Of a stretch of DNA of 64,000 bases, positions 25,057-33,995 are shown in pieces (position 1 is the first letter of the stretch; each line of letters begins with the position of its first letter). A model generated the notes under the pieces. It ran no database searches. It was not told the origin of the DNA and saw nothing but the letters and a program-made list of their open reading frames with translations. This DNA is from Gaiellales bacterium (GTDB lineage Bacteria > Actinomycetota > Thermoleophilia > Gaiellales > JAICJC01), in NCBI GenBank assembly GCA_036273515.1, contig DASUHM010000002.1, positions 748 to 64,747 of the forward strand. The letters run 5' to 3'. The position numbers and the translations under genes are program-made.

Positions 25057-25476
25057 TCAGTGGCCGGCGACGATGCCCGCGCCGCCCGGGCCGCGCTGGT
25101 GCTCGCGGCGGACGACGTAGGTGCCGCGGGCACGGGTGGCGAGGATCGGGTCGGGGAGCAGGTCGGCGGCGGAGTCGCTCACATCCGGGCGGGCCGAGAT
25201 CTCCTTCCAGATCTCGAGATCCACCGTCCGGCTGGTGGTGCCCATGCGCACGATCGTGCCGGTCGCGCGGACGAAGTCGCCGCCGTAGAGCGGCGCCAGG
25301 AACTCGACCTTCTCGTAGCCGGCGAAGAGGCCCTCGTCGCCGTCCGTGCGGATGGCGAGCTCGGTGACGATGTCGCCGAACAGCTCCAGGCCGTGCGCGC
25401 CGTCGACCAGGTTGCCGCCGTAGTGGACGTCGGCCGCCGACAGGCGCACCCGAAGCTCGACGCTCATGCCCTCCAT
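25057..25476 (-). CDS. Hotdog-fold protein resembling 3-aminobutyryl-CoA ammonia-lyase (Kal)
   Basis: 139-aa ORF with the motif block SAADVHYGGNLVDGAHGLELFGDIVTELAIRTDGDEGLFAGYEKVEFLAPLYGGDF. This matches my recollection of the Kal/hotdog family. It is the last gene of the peptide operon. Confidence 0.55.
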   Translation of the reverse strand: MEGMSVELRVRLSAADVHYGGNLVDGAHGLELFGDIVTELAIRTDGDEGLFAGYEKVEFLAPLYGGDFVRATGTIVRMGTTSRTVDLEIWKEISARPDVSDSAADLLPDPILATRARGTYVVRREHQRGPGGAGIVAGH

Positions 25477-25485
25477 GCGGCCATC

Positions 25486-26421
25486 CTACGCCCCACGCCG
25501 GATCAGGTGGACCGGGAACTGGTCCTGCATCTTGCCGTTCCGGCGCCGGGCCGGCTTCGCGGCGACGAGGCAGTTGTAGACCGCCTCCTCCGCCGCCTCG
25601 TAGGCGGCGGCGAAGAGCGGCGAGAGCCGCTCGAGCGGGAAGCCCTCCTCCTCGGCGACGGTGAAGGCGACCGCGATCTCGCCCGAGCCGTTCGACGCGT
25701 ACGACCCGGCCCGGGCCAGTCCCAGCAGCGGCCGCAGGGCCAGCCGCCGCAGCTGCTGGGCCTCGAGCGGCGCGTCCGTGGCGCAGACCGCGATGCAGGA
25801 GCCCTCGGGCGGCTCGGGCGGCTCGGCGGGGTCGAAGCGCAGCCCGCCTGAGGTGAGCCGCTCACGGTCGCCGAAGTTGCACATGAGCAGCACGCCGATC
25901 GTGTGCCCGTCGACGACCCGCGAGGCCGTGCCGATGCCGCCCGGGAAGTCGAAGCACGTCATTCCGGTGCCGCCGCCCACCGTCCCCTCGACGACGTCCT
26001 CGCCCGCGTTCGCGAGCGCCGCGTTCACGTCGTCGACGGTCACGGTGCGTGAGTCGCCCATGTCCGAGTCGTCGCACTCGCCGACGACCGGGATGACCGT
26101 GTTGTCGGGATCGCCGCCCGCGGCCAGCACGGCGCCGTGGTAGACCGTCCCGACGGCATGCGTCCCGCACAGCCACACCGGCGACTGGATGATCCCCCAC
26201 TCGTCGATCTCGAGCTTCTTCGTCAGCTCGCCGACGCCGTTAACCGTGTTCACGCCCGCCCGCGCCGGCAGCCGCGGCGGCACGATCACGGAGACGCCGG
26301 TGGCCTCGCCGCTGCCCGCCTGGGCGTGGCCGACGCGCACGCCGGGCACGTCCGTGACGGCGTTTCGCGCCCCCGTCGGGAAGAGGCCCACCGGGCCGGC
26401 CAGGTCGCGCCAGCGGGTCAT
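25486..26421 (-). CDS. P1/S58-family aminopeptidase (DmpA/BapA-like)
   Basis: ATG at 26421 overlaps the upstream stop (ATGA). The product contains NAVTDVPGVRVGH, TGVSVIV, GGTGMTCFDFPGGIGTAS and SGEIAVAF. Confidence 0.8.
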   Translation of the reverse strand: MTRWRDLAGPVGLFPTGARNAVTDVPGVRVGHAQAGSGEATGVSVIVPPRLPARAGVNTVNGVGELTKKLEIDEWGIIQSPVWLCGTHAVGTVYHGAVLAAGGDPDNTVIPVVGECDDSDMGDSRTVTVDDVNAALANAGEDVVEGTVGGGTGMTCFDFPGGIGTASRVVDGHTIGVLLMCNFGDRERLTSGGLRFDPAEPPEPPEGSCIAVCATDAPLEAQQLRRLALRPLLGLARAGSYASNGSGEIAVAFTVAEEEGFPLERLSPLFAAAYEAAEEAVYNCLVAAKPARRRNGKMQDQFPVHLIRRGA

Positions 26422-27446
26422 ACGAGGATGCACGCCGCCCGGTGCTGCGGCGACGTCGCCGCGTCGGGCCTGCGCAGCTCGGGATCGATCGACTTGCAGC
26501 GCTCCTCCGCGATCGGGCAGCGGGGATGGAAGCGGCAGCCGGACGGGATGTGGACGGGGTTCGGGGTCTCGCCGCTCAGGATCTGCGGCACCGTCGCGTC
26601 GCGCGGGTCGCGCTTCGGCACGACCGAGATGAGCGCCTTCGTGTACGGGTGTAGCGGTGTGCGTACGACGTCCTTCGCCGGCCCCTCCTCCACGATCCGG
26701 CCCAGGTACATGACCGCGATCCGGTCGGCGAAATGGGCCGCCGTCGAGAGGTCGTGCGTGATCATCACGATGGCGAGGCCCTCGCGGCGCAGGTCGTCCA
26801 GCAGGCGCAGGATGCCGGCCCGCACCGAGACGTCGAGCATCGACACCGGCTCGTCGGCCAGGAGCAGCTTCGGCTTCAGCACCATGGCCGCGGCGATCGC
26901 CACGCGCTGGCGTTGGCCGCCGGAGAGCTCGTGCGGGAAGCGGTCGAGGTAGAGCTCCGGCGGCTGCAGCCCCGCCTGGACGAGGGCCTGGACGACCAGC
27001 GCGTCGCGCGCGGCCGCGCTCCCGCCGATGCCGTGGATCAGCAACGGCTCGGCGACGGTGTCGCGCACCCGATAGCGCGGATCGAGCGACTCGTACGGGT
27101 CCTGGTAGATGATCTGCATCTCGCGCCGCAGCGGCCGCAGCTGCTTGTGGCTCAGCCGCGAGATGTCCTGGCCGCGGAAGCTGATCCGGCCCTCGTCGGC
27201 CTCGACCATCCGCATCACCGTCTGGGCGGTCGTCGTCTTGCCGCACCCGGACTCGCCGACGAGCGCGAGCATCTCGCCCGGGCCGACCGAGAAGTCGACG
27301 CCCTCGACGGCGTGCACGTGCAGCTGCTCCCGGCGCCGGATCGTGCCGAGGAGGCCGCGCGGCACCGGGTAGCGGGTGACGAGCCCCTCGACCTCGAGCA
27401 GCTGTGCATCGGCCTCGGCCGGGACGGCGGTCGCCTCGGCGCTCAC
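26418..27446 (-). CDS. Oligopeptide/dipeptide ABC transporter ATP-binding protein (OppF/DppF-type)
   Basis: GTG at 27446 overlaps the upstream stop (GTGA). It has Walker A GESGCGKTT, signature LSGGQRQRVAIA, and a C-terminal oligopeptide-type extension (HPYTKAL...CRFHPRCP). Confidence 0.9.
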   Translation of the reverse strand: MSAEATAVPAEADAQLLEVEGLVTRYPVPRGLLGTIRRREQLHVHAVEGVDFSVGPGEMLALVGESGCGKTTTAQTVMRMVEADEGRISFRGQDISRLSHKQLRPLRREMQIIYQDPYESLDPRYRVRDTVAEPLLIHGIGGSAAARDALVVQALVQAGLQPPELYLDRFPHELSGGQRQRVAIAAAMVLKPKLLLADEPVSMLDVSVRAGILRLLDDLRREGLAIVMITHDLSTAAHFADRIAVMYLGRIVEEGPAKDVVRTPLHPYTKALISVVPKRDPRDATVPQILSGETPNPVHIPSGCRFHPRCPIAEERCKSIDPELRRPDAATSPQHRAACILV

Positions 27447-28423
27447 CCGGCCACCTCCGCGGGGACGTCGTTCAGGTGGCAGGCGGCGGTGTGGTTGTCG
27501 CCCACCTCGCGCAGCCGTGGCTCCTCGTGCGGGCAGCGGGCGAAGGCGGAGTCGCAGCGGGGCTGGAACGGGCAGCCGACCACCTCGCGGTCGAGCCGGG
27601 GCGGCGCTCCGGGGATCGAGGTCACCTCGTCGTCGCCGCGCAGGTCGGGCGTCGCCTGGAAGAGCATCCGCGTGTACGGGTGGCGGGGATCGTGGAAGAG
27701 CGTCTCGATCGGCCCCGACTCCGCCACCTTGCCGGCGTACATGACGGCCGCCCGCCGGCACACCTGGGCGACGACCGGGAGGTCGTGGGTGACGAGGATC
27801 ATCGCCAGCCCGAGATCCTCCGTCAGGCGCACGAGCAGCTCGAGGATCTGGGCCTGCACCATCACGTCGAGCGCCGTCGTCGGCTCGTCGGCGAGCAGCA
27901 CCTTGGGGTTGCACGCGAGCGCCATCGCGATCGCGGCGCGCTGGCGCATTCCGCCGGAGAACTCGTGCGGGTAGCGGTCGGCCCGCGACCCCGAGATCCC
28001 GACCATCTCGAGCAGCTCGGCGGCCTGGTTGCGGGCGGCCCGGCCCGACGCGACATCGTGCAGCTCCATCGGCTCGACGATCTGCGATCCGACGGTCTTC
28101 ACGGGGTTGAACGCGTTCATCGCCCCCTGGAACACCATCGCGACGTCGCGCCAGCGGTGCGGCGCCATCGACTCCTCGCCCTTCGCGAGCGCATCCAGGC
28201 CCTCGAGCAGCACGCGGCCCGCCACGCTCGCGTTCGGCGGCAACAACCCCATGAGCGCGAGGATGGTGGTCGTCTTGCCGCAGCCCGACTCGCCCACGAG
28301 GCCCATCCGCTCGCCCGGGTAGAGATCGAAGTCGACCCCCTGCACGGCATGGAGCTCGCCGCCGGGGATGTCGAACCACACCTCGAGGCCCTCGACGCTC
28401 AGCACCGGAGTCCGCGCGCTCAC
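27443..28423 (-). CDS. Oligopeptide/dipeptide ABC transporter ATP-binding protein (OppD/DppD-type)
   Basis: GTG at 28423 overlaps the upstream stop (GTGA). It has Walker A GESGCGKTT, signature FSGGMRQRAAIA, and HPYTRML...CPFQPRC. Confidence 0.9.
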   Translation of the reverse strand: MSARTPVLSVEGLEVWFDIPGGELHAVQGVDFDLYPGERMGLVGESGCGKTTTILALMGLLPPNASVAGRVLLEGLDALAKGEESMAPHRWRDVAMVFQGAMNAFNPVKTVGSQIVEPMELHDVASGRAARNQAAELLEMVGISGSRADRYPHEFSGGMRQRAAIAMALACNPKVLLADEPTTALDVMVQAQILELLVRLTEDLGLAMILVTHDLPVVAQVCRRAAVMYAGKVAESGPIETLFHDPRHPYTRMLFQATPDLRGDDEVTSIPGAPPRLDREVVGCPFQPRCDSAFARCPHEEPRLREVGDNHTAACHLNDVPAEVAG

Positions 28424-29370
28424 TCGGACTCGAGCCTCCCCCGCAGCGGCCGCAGCCGGAACCGCCGCACCGACAGGTGGCCGACGCGCAGCCGCGGGTT
28501 GAGCGCGTCCTCCATCGCCTGGCCCATCATCGTCGCGGCCAGGATGACGATCGTGACGCACAGGCCCGGCGGGATGATCGCCCACCACGCCTTGTGGAAG
28601 ATCGCCCCGCCGGAGAGCGAATTCTGGATCAGCTTGCCCCACGAGATCGTGGACGGATCCTCGAGGCCGAGGAACGCGATGTAGGTCTCGGCGAAGACGG
28701 CGATCGCGATCGTGAGCACCGTGTTCGCCACGAGCAGCGGCGCCACCTGGGGCGTGATGTGCTTCCACACCAGCCGCCCGTGCCCGCCGCCGAGCGCCCG
28801 GGCGCGCTTCACGTAGACGCGCTCACGCACCGATTTCACCTGTGCCCTGATCAGCCGCGCGGTGCTCGTCCAGTAGATGATCCCGATGATGAGGACGACG
28901 TTCAGGGTGCTGCGGCCGAACACCGCCGCGGCCACGATCATGAGCGGCACGTCCGGGATCACCAGGAAGTAGTCCGTGATCCGCATGAGGAAGATGTCGG
29001 TCTTGTTGCCGAAGTAGCCGGACAGGAGACCGACGCCGCCGCCGATGATCATCGCCACGGCCGCGCCGGCGAACCCGACGATCATCGAGACCCGCGCGCC
29101 CGCGATCACCTCGGAGAGCATGTCGATGCCGCCGTCGTCCAGCCCGAGCCAGTGCTGGCTGCTCGGCGGGGCGTAGACCGGGCCGACCTGCGTCGTCGTC
29201 GAGTACGGCTCGATCCACGGCCCGATGATCGCGATCACGATGAAGAACAGCAGCACCAGCAGGCCGACGACCGCCGCCCGCTGGCCGAAGAGCACCTCGC
29301 GGATGAATCCGCGCCGCGGCGTCGATTCCTGCGCGACCGGGGCCTCGACGAGCCCGATTGCCTCGCTCAT
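28420..29370 (-). CDS. Peptide ABC transporter permease (OppC/DppC-type)
   Basis: 316-aa ORF with 6 TM segments and an EAA-like loop (ARALGGGHGRLVWKHITPQV). Its ATG overlaps the oppB stop (ATGA). Confidence 0.9.
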   Translation of the reverse strand: MSEAIGLVEAPVAQESTPRRGFIREVLFGQRAAVVGLLVLLFFIVIAIIGPWIEPYSTTTQVGPVYAPPSSQHWLGLDDGGIDMLSEVIAGARVSMIVGFAGAAVAMIIGGGVGLLSGYFGNKTDIFLMRITDYFLVIPDVPLMIVAAAVFGRSTLNVVLIIGIIYWTSTARLIRAQVKSVRERVYVKRARALGGGHGRLVWKHITPQVAPLLVANTVLTIAIAVFAETYIAFLGLEDPSTISWGKLIQNSLSGGAIFHKAWWAIIPPGLCVTIVILAATMMGQAMEDALNPRLRVGHLSVRRFRLRPLRGRLESE

Positions 29371-30341
29371 TCGGTCACCCTCGGATCGAGCTTGAAGTAG
29401 ACGAGGTCGGCGATGAAGTTGGCGATGATCACCGACAGGGTCAGGATCAGGAAGATCCCCTGGAGCACCGGGTAGTCACGCCGGTTGAGGGCGTCGATCG
29501 TGGCCAGACCGATGCCGGGGTAGGAGAACACGTCCTCGACGACGATCGCCCCGGCGACGATCGACCCGAGCGACAGGGCGATCAGCGTCACCAGCGGGAG
29601 CATCGCGTTGCGCAGGGCGTGCTTCCACACGATCGACCAGTTGCGGATGCCCTTGGCGCGGGCGGTCAGGATGTAGTCCTCGCCGAGCGTCTCGAGCATC
29701 GAGGAGCGCACGATCAGCGCGTACTCGCCGTAGAGGCCGATCCCGAGCACCAGGGCCGGCAGGAAGAGGTGCGAGACGCGGTCGCTGAACACGTCCCACG
29801 TCGACGGCGTCGACAGGATGCCGAGGGTGTTCGACTCGATCCCGCTCGCCGGCAGGCCGAGCGGGATCGCGATGTAGAAGATCACGAGGATCCCGATCCA
29901 CTGCGTCGGCATCGCGTAGAAGGCGAGCGCGCTCCACGTGTTGCTCGTATCCGCGAGGGTGCCCCGCCGCCAGGCGGCGACCACCCCCGTGATGACCCCG
30001 AGAATGATCGAGATCACCGTCCCGGCCACGATCATCGGCAGGGTGTTCACGAGCGGCCCTTTGATGTCGTCCCACACCGGGCGGTTGTCGGCGATCGACG
30101 TGCCCAGATCGCCGTGGGCGAGCCGCTCGATGTAGATGAAGTACTGCTGCAGCTTGGGCTTGTCGAGGCCGTACTGCTTGACGATCGACTCGCGGAACTG
30201 CTTCGTGCAGTGCTGGCAGCGAAGCCCGGAAACCGCGTTGCCGGGCAAGGCCCGGAACAGCACGAAGTTGAGCGTGATGGCGACGAACACCGTCACGATC
30301 GCGAACACCGTCCGCTTGATGATGTAGTCGGCCCCGCTCAC
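29367..30341 (-). CDS. Peptide ABC transporter permease (OppB/DppB-type)
   Basis: 324-aa ORF. The N-terminus reads YIIKRTVFAIVTVFVAITLNFVLFRALPG, and the EAA loop reads TARAKGIRNWSIVWKHALRNAM. Confidence 0.9.
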   Translation of the reverse strand: MSGADYIIKRTVFAIVTVFVAITLNFVLFRALPGNAVSGLRCQHCTKQFRESIVKQYGLDKPKLQQYFIYIERLAHGDLGTSIADNRPVWDDIKGPLVNTLPMIVAGTVISIILGVITGVVAAWRRGTLADTSNTWSALAFYAMPTQWIGILVIFYIAIPLGLPASGIESNTLGILSTPSTWDVFSDRVSHLFLPALVLGIGLYGEYALIVRSSMLETLGEDYILTARAKGIRNWSIVWKHALRNAMLPLVTLIALSLGSIVAGAIVVEDVFSYPGIGLATIDALNRRDYPVLQGIFLILTLSVIIANFIADLVYFKLDPRVTE

Positions 30342-30377
30342 GTCGTCCTCTGCTCCAGCTTGACGCGGTTCAGCGAC

Positions 30378-32072
30378 TCATCCGGTCTTGTGCGGCGCCG
30401 TGTAGTAGCACTTGCAGTAGGCGTTCAGGTCGGGATAGAAGCCCGTCCAGCCCTTGTCGTTGGCCGTGACCAGATCCTCGTTCACGAGCTGGATGTACGG
30501 CCGGTCGTGCGCGACTCTGGCCTCCATCTTCCACACGAGCGCCTGCCGCTGCTTCGCGTCGAGCAGCGTCGCCTGCTTCAGGTACGCGTTGTTGAACCAG
30601 GGGACGTTGTAGCCGGTGTCGTTCCAGCTGTACCACTGGGCCCGGGTCATGTACGAGAGCTGGGCGTCCGGATCGATGTACTCGGCCCAGTCCCAGGTGG
30701 CGAAGTCGAACTTCGTGTACTTGCCGGCGGTCTCGAGGCCGTAGGCCTGACCGCTGTCGCCGCCCGCGACCTCGTGCAGCTTGACCCCGACCTTGGCCCA
30801 GTCGTCCGCGATGATCTGGAACTGGCGGTCGCCGTTGAAGTCGAGGCTGTCCGGCACGATGACGTTGTAGTCCATCGGGTGCGCCGGCTGCGCGTACTTC
30901 CCGGTCGTCGCGGGCACCTCGCGGATCCCGTTCGAGCCCTTCTTGTAGCCGAGCGAGTCGAGGATCTGGTTCGCCTTGTCCGGGTCGAACGGCAGCGGCT
31001 TGATCGCCGGGTTCAGCCAGAACGGGCCGGACTGGACCGAGAGCATGTTCGCCCAGGGCTTGGCGTAGCCCGCGAAGATCACCTTCACGATGGCGGCCCG
31101 GTCGGTGGCGTACTCGAGCGCCTCCCGCACCTTCGGGTCGAGCAGCTCGCGGTTCTTGGGCTTCAGCGGGTTCGAGTTGATGGTGATGTTGGTGACCTCG
31201 GAGGTCGGCACCGACTGCACGGCGAAGCGGGAGTCGGTCTTCAGCGAGCTGATCGCGTTGAACGGCACCTGGTCGGCGAAGTCGATGTTGCCCTGGTCGA
31301 GGTCGGCGATCATCGAGGTCGAGTTCGTGTAGTAGGTCATCGCCACGGCCTCGGCGTTGGACTTCGGGCCGTAGAAGTACGGGTTGGGCTTGAAGACCGT
31401 CGTGCCCTTCTCCTGGTACTTCGAGATCGAGTACGGGCCGCCGGCGACAGTGGGCAGGTGCTGCTCGGGGCGATACGACTTGAGGCCCTTGCCGTCGGAT
31501 CCCACGAGGGGGCCCCAGACGTGCTGGGGCAGGACCCAGAACTGCTCGAGCTGCGGCAGCACGTTGGCGATCGGCTTGTCGTAGTGGACGATCAGCGTCG
31601 TCGCGTTGGGCGCATCCATGTGCGTCACATGGGTCAGCGCAGCCGCCAGGTACGCGGCCGGCCCGGCGCCGAACTTCACGATGGTGTTTCCCGTCCAGGC
31701 GGCGTCTGCGGCCGTCAGGGGCTTCCCATCCGACCACTTGCCGCCGCCCTTCAGGTGGAAGGTCCAGGTGCGGCCGTCGGACGACTTCGTCCAGCTGGTC
31801 GCCCAGTCGCCCTCGAGCTTCTCGCCCGGGCCGTACTGGACGAGCTGCGGGTACTCCATGACGAAGGCGTTGTAGGACTGGCTCTCGATGGCCACGAACG
31901 GATTGAGGGAGTCGATGTAGTTCGTCGTGCCGACGCGCAGGATGCCGCCCTTGACGACGTTTCCGCTCCCGCCGCCGCCACCTCCGGGCGATGCCCCGCC
32001 TCCGCCGCAGCCGGCGGCGATCGCCACAACGGCCGCGAGCATCGTCGTTGCCATCAACCTGCGCGCTCTCAT
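30378..32072 (-). CDS. ABC transporter substrate-binding lipoprotein, family 5 (peptide/nickel)
   Basis: I chose the ATG at 32072 because SD GGGAGGGA lies upstream. The product starts MRARRLMATTMLAAVVAIAAGC (lipobox). The ATG overlaps the creatininase stop (ATGA). Confidence 0.85.
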   Translation of the reverse strand: MRARRLMATTMLAAVVAIAAGCGGGGASPGGGGGGSGNVVKGGILRVGTTNYIDSLNPFVAIESQSYNAFVMEYPQLVQYGPGEKLEGDWATSWTKSSDGRTWTFHLKGGGKWSDGKPLTAADAAWTGNTIVKFGAGPAAYLAAALTHVTHMDAPNATTLIVHYDKPIANVLPQLEQFWVLPQHVWGPLVGSDGKGLKSYRPEQHLPTVAGGPYSISKYQEKGTTVFKPNPYFYGPKSNAEAVAMTYYTNSTSMIADLDQGNIDFADQVPFNAISSLKTDSRFAVQSVPTSEVTNITINSNPLKPKNRELLDPKVREALEYATDRAAIVKVIFAGYAKPWANMLSVQSGPFWLNPAIKPLPFDPDKANQILDSLGYKKGSNGIREVPATTGKYAQPAHPMDYNVIVPDSLDFNGDRQFQIIADDWAKVGVKLHEVAGGDSGQAYGLETAGKYTKFDFATWDWAEYIDPDAQLSYMTRAQWYSWNDTGYNVPWFNNAYLKQATLLDAKQRQALVWKMEARVAHDRPYIQLVNEDLVTANDKGWTGFYPDLNAYCKCYYTAPHKTG

Positions 32073-32896
32073 CTGGATCCCTCCCACGGTGGTTCATGAT
32101 GATCCCTGCCCGGGCGCGGTTCGCGCACGGCCAGCTCCTCGATATATCCCGCGATCTCCGCGACCGCACGGTCGAGCCAGAGCCTGCCCTTCTCGACCGT
32201 CGCCACGGTCGCGTCGCCCATGACGCCCGACTCCGTCCACCCGCTCCACGCGCCCTTGACCGAGAGCGGCCCGTCGTTCCAGTCCATCCACACGTTCTCC
32301 GAGCCCCAGTCGGGGATCTCGCGCACCGCCTTGCCCATCTGCACGAGCTCGGGCTTGATCGCCAGGTAGAGCGACGTCTCGAGCTCGCAGGCATGGGCCA
32401 TCCCGCCCGGCGCCTCGGAGTCGCGCGTCTCCCGCAGGAGCTCGGCCGACTCGGCGCTCGAGAGGTACCAGAACGAGGCCGCCGTTGCCTCGGGCCGCTC
32501 GACCATGAGCAGGCGTGCCGCCATCTCGACGAGGGGGACGTTCGAGCCGTGGCCGTTCACGAAGAGGATGCGCGAGAAGCCGTGTCGGAAGAGGCTGCGG
32601 CCGATGTCGAGCAGGCCGTCGACGAACGTCTTCCAGTCGATCGTGATCGGCCCGGGGAAGTCCATGTGGTGCGGCGTATAGCCGTGCGTCACGGTCGGCA
32701 GCAGGAGCGCCTGGGCCGGGCAGCGCCGCACCGCCAGGTCGGCGAGCGTCTCGGCGATGACGACGTCCGTGTCGATGGGCAGGTGGTAGCCGTGGTCCTC
32801 GAGCGTGGCGACCGGGATCACGCACACCGGATCGCGCTGCGACCACTCGGCCACCTCCGGCCAGGTCAGCTGCGCGTAGCGGTGCGTCGGGGTCTC
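32069..32896 (-). CDS. Creatininase-family amidohydrolase (start codon uncertain)
   Basis: Conserved residues are LTWPEV, VIPVATLEDHGYHLPIDTD, FVNGHGSN and AHACELETS. Only CTG (32869) or ACG (32887) is available between the upstream stop (32895-32897) and the conserved N-terminus. Confidence 0.75.
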   Translation of the reverse strand, partial: ETPTHRYAQLTWPEVAEWSQRDPVCVIPVATLEDHGYHLPIDTDVVIAETLADLAVRRCPAQALLLPTVTHGYTPHHMDFPGPITIDWKTFVDGLLDIGRSLFRHGFSRILFVNGHGSNVPLVEMAARLLMVERPEATAASFWYLSSAESAELLRETRDSEAPGGMAHACELETSLYLAIKPELVQMGKAVREIPDWGSENVWMDWNDGPLSVKGAWSGWTESGVMGDATVATVEKGRLWLDRAVAEIAGYIEELAVREPRPGRDHHEPPWEGSR

Positions 32897-33914
32897 AGTT
32901 GAAGGCGTAGCGCTGCTCCTGGGAATCGCACGGGTTTCCGCGACCGTACCGGATCGTCCCTTCTGTGACGTCGGCAAGGCACCAAAAGACAGTTTTGGAT
33001 TGCGCGCCGTGCTCGATGTGGCGGCAGAGCGAGTCCGGCGCGCCGGTGTGGTCGGAGAGCGCCTCGCGCAGGCGCTCGGGCGTCGCCGGGCCGCTGTCGA
33101 GCCAGTTACGGGCGGCGCGCTGGCGGGCACACGAGCCCTCGATGTCGCCCGGATCGCGCTCGTAGGCGGCCATCCGCGCGCTCGTGTAGTGGTTCGTGTG
33201 GGCCAGGGTGCCGCGCGCGTCCGGCCGCAGCAGCTCGGCGTCGGTGGCGGAGCCCTCGACGCTGACGACGCCGCCGTCGCGGTGGCTCAGGAGGTTGTTG
33301 TACGACGACGCGCGGCGGGGATGCAGCGCCGCCTCGGTGGCCTCGGCGAGCGTGCACCGGCGCAGGATGTCGCGCACGAGCAGGAGCCGGGGGATGCCGA
33401 CGCGGTCGTCGTTCGGCGAGAGCTCGTTGCCGGTCAGCGCGAGGCCGGCCGAGTTGAAGCCGACGCTGATCCACGGCCCGATCCCGATGGTGAACGACAC
33501 CGGGTCGCCGGGCACCGACCACTCGATGGCGACGAGCTCCTCCTCGGACTCGGGCCCGAGGTCGTTGTTGTGGGCGGCCCAGACGTGGCCGTCCGGCGTG
33601 GCGGGGGCGGTGGCGACGAGGTCGGAGCAGCGCGATGCCGGGGCCGGCTCCTCGACGGCGATCTCCTCGATCCCGGCGGCGAACACGGCCAGCGGATCGG
33701 CGCCGGCGCCCGCGGCGACGCCGTCGAGCTCCTCGATCAGCCAGGGCAGCTCGGCCGCCGTCACCTCGCGGTAGGCGGCCGCCTCGGCCAGCCGGCGGCC
33801 GTCGATCGCCGCCGCACGCCGACGCACGACCTCGGCGGTCGCGGCGCCGATCTGATTCCCGACCTCGCGGTGCGTCCCTGCCACACGCACGAGCTCGATC
33901 CTACGGGGCGGCAT
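32895..33914 (-). CDS. C45-family peptidase / acyl-CoA:6-APA acyltransferase-like Ntn hydrolase
   Basis: 339-aa ORF with THREVGNQIG, a candidate nucleophile Cys in SRCSDLV, and NNDL and HTNHY blocks. It is the first gene of the operon. TAGCGT lies 6 nt upstream of the ATG. Confidence 0.65.
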   Translation of the reverse strand: MPPRRIELVRVAGTHREVGNQIGAATAEVVRRRAAAIDGRRLAEAAAYREVTAAELPWLIEELDGVAAGAGADPLAVFAAGIEEIAVEEPAPASRCSDLVATAPATPDGHVWAAHNNDLGPESEEELVAIEWSVPGDPVSFTIGIGPWISVGFNSAGLALTGNELSPNDDRVGIPRLLLVRDILRRCTLAEATEAALHPRRASSYNNLLSHRDGGVVSVEGSATDAELLRPDARGTLAHTNHYTSARMAAYERDPGDIEGSCARQRAARNWLDSGPATPERLREALSDHTGAPDSLCRHIEHGAQSKTVFWCLADVTEGTIRYGRGNPCDSQEQRYAFN

Positions 33915-33920
33915 TCCGGA

Positions 33921-33926
33921 ACGCTA
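33921..33926 (-). promoter_or_regulatory. -10 box TAGCGT, 6 nt upstream of ATG 33914 (leaderless operon start)
   Basis: The minus strand reads TAGCGT tccgga ATG. Confidence 0.45.
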
Positions 33927-33983
33927 CCGGTCGAAGGGCCGCCTGTATAGGGCGAACCGTCCCCAATCCCGGTGCGCTGGGTG

Positions 33984-33989
33984 TAGGTT
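33984..33989 (+). promoter_or_regulatory. -10 box TAGGTT, 6 nt upstream of ATG 33996
   Basis: Sequence is TAGGTT gaacgg ATG. Confidence 0.45.
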
Positions 33990-33995
33990 GAACGG

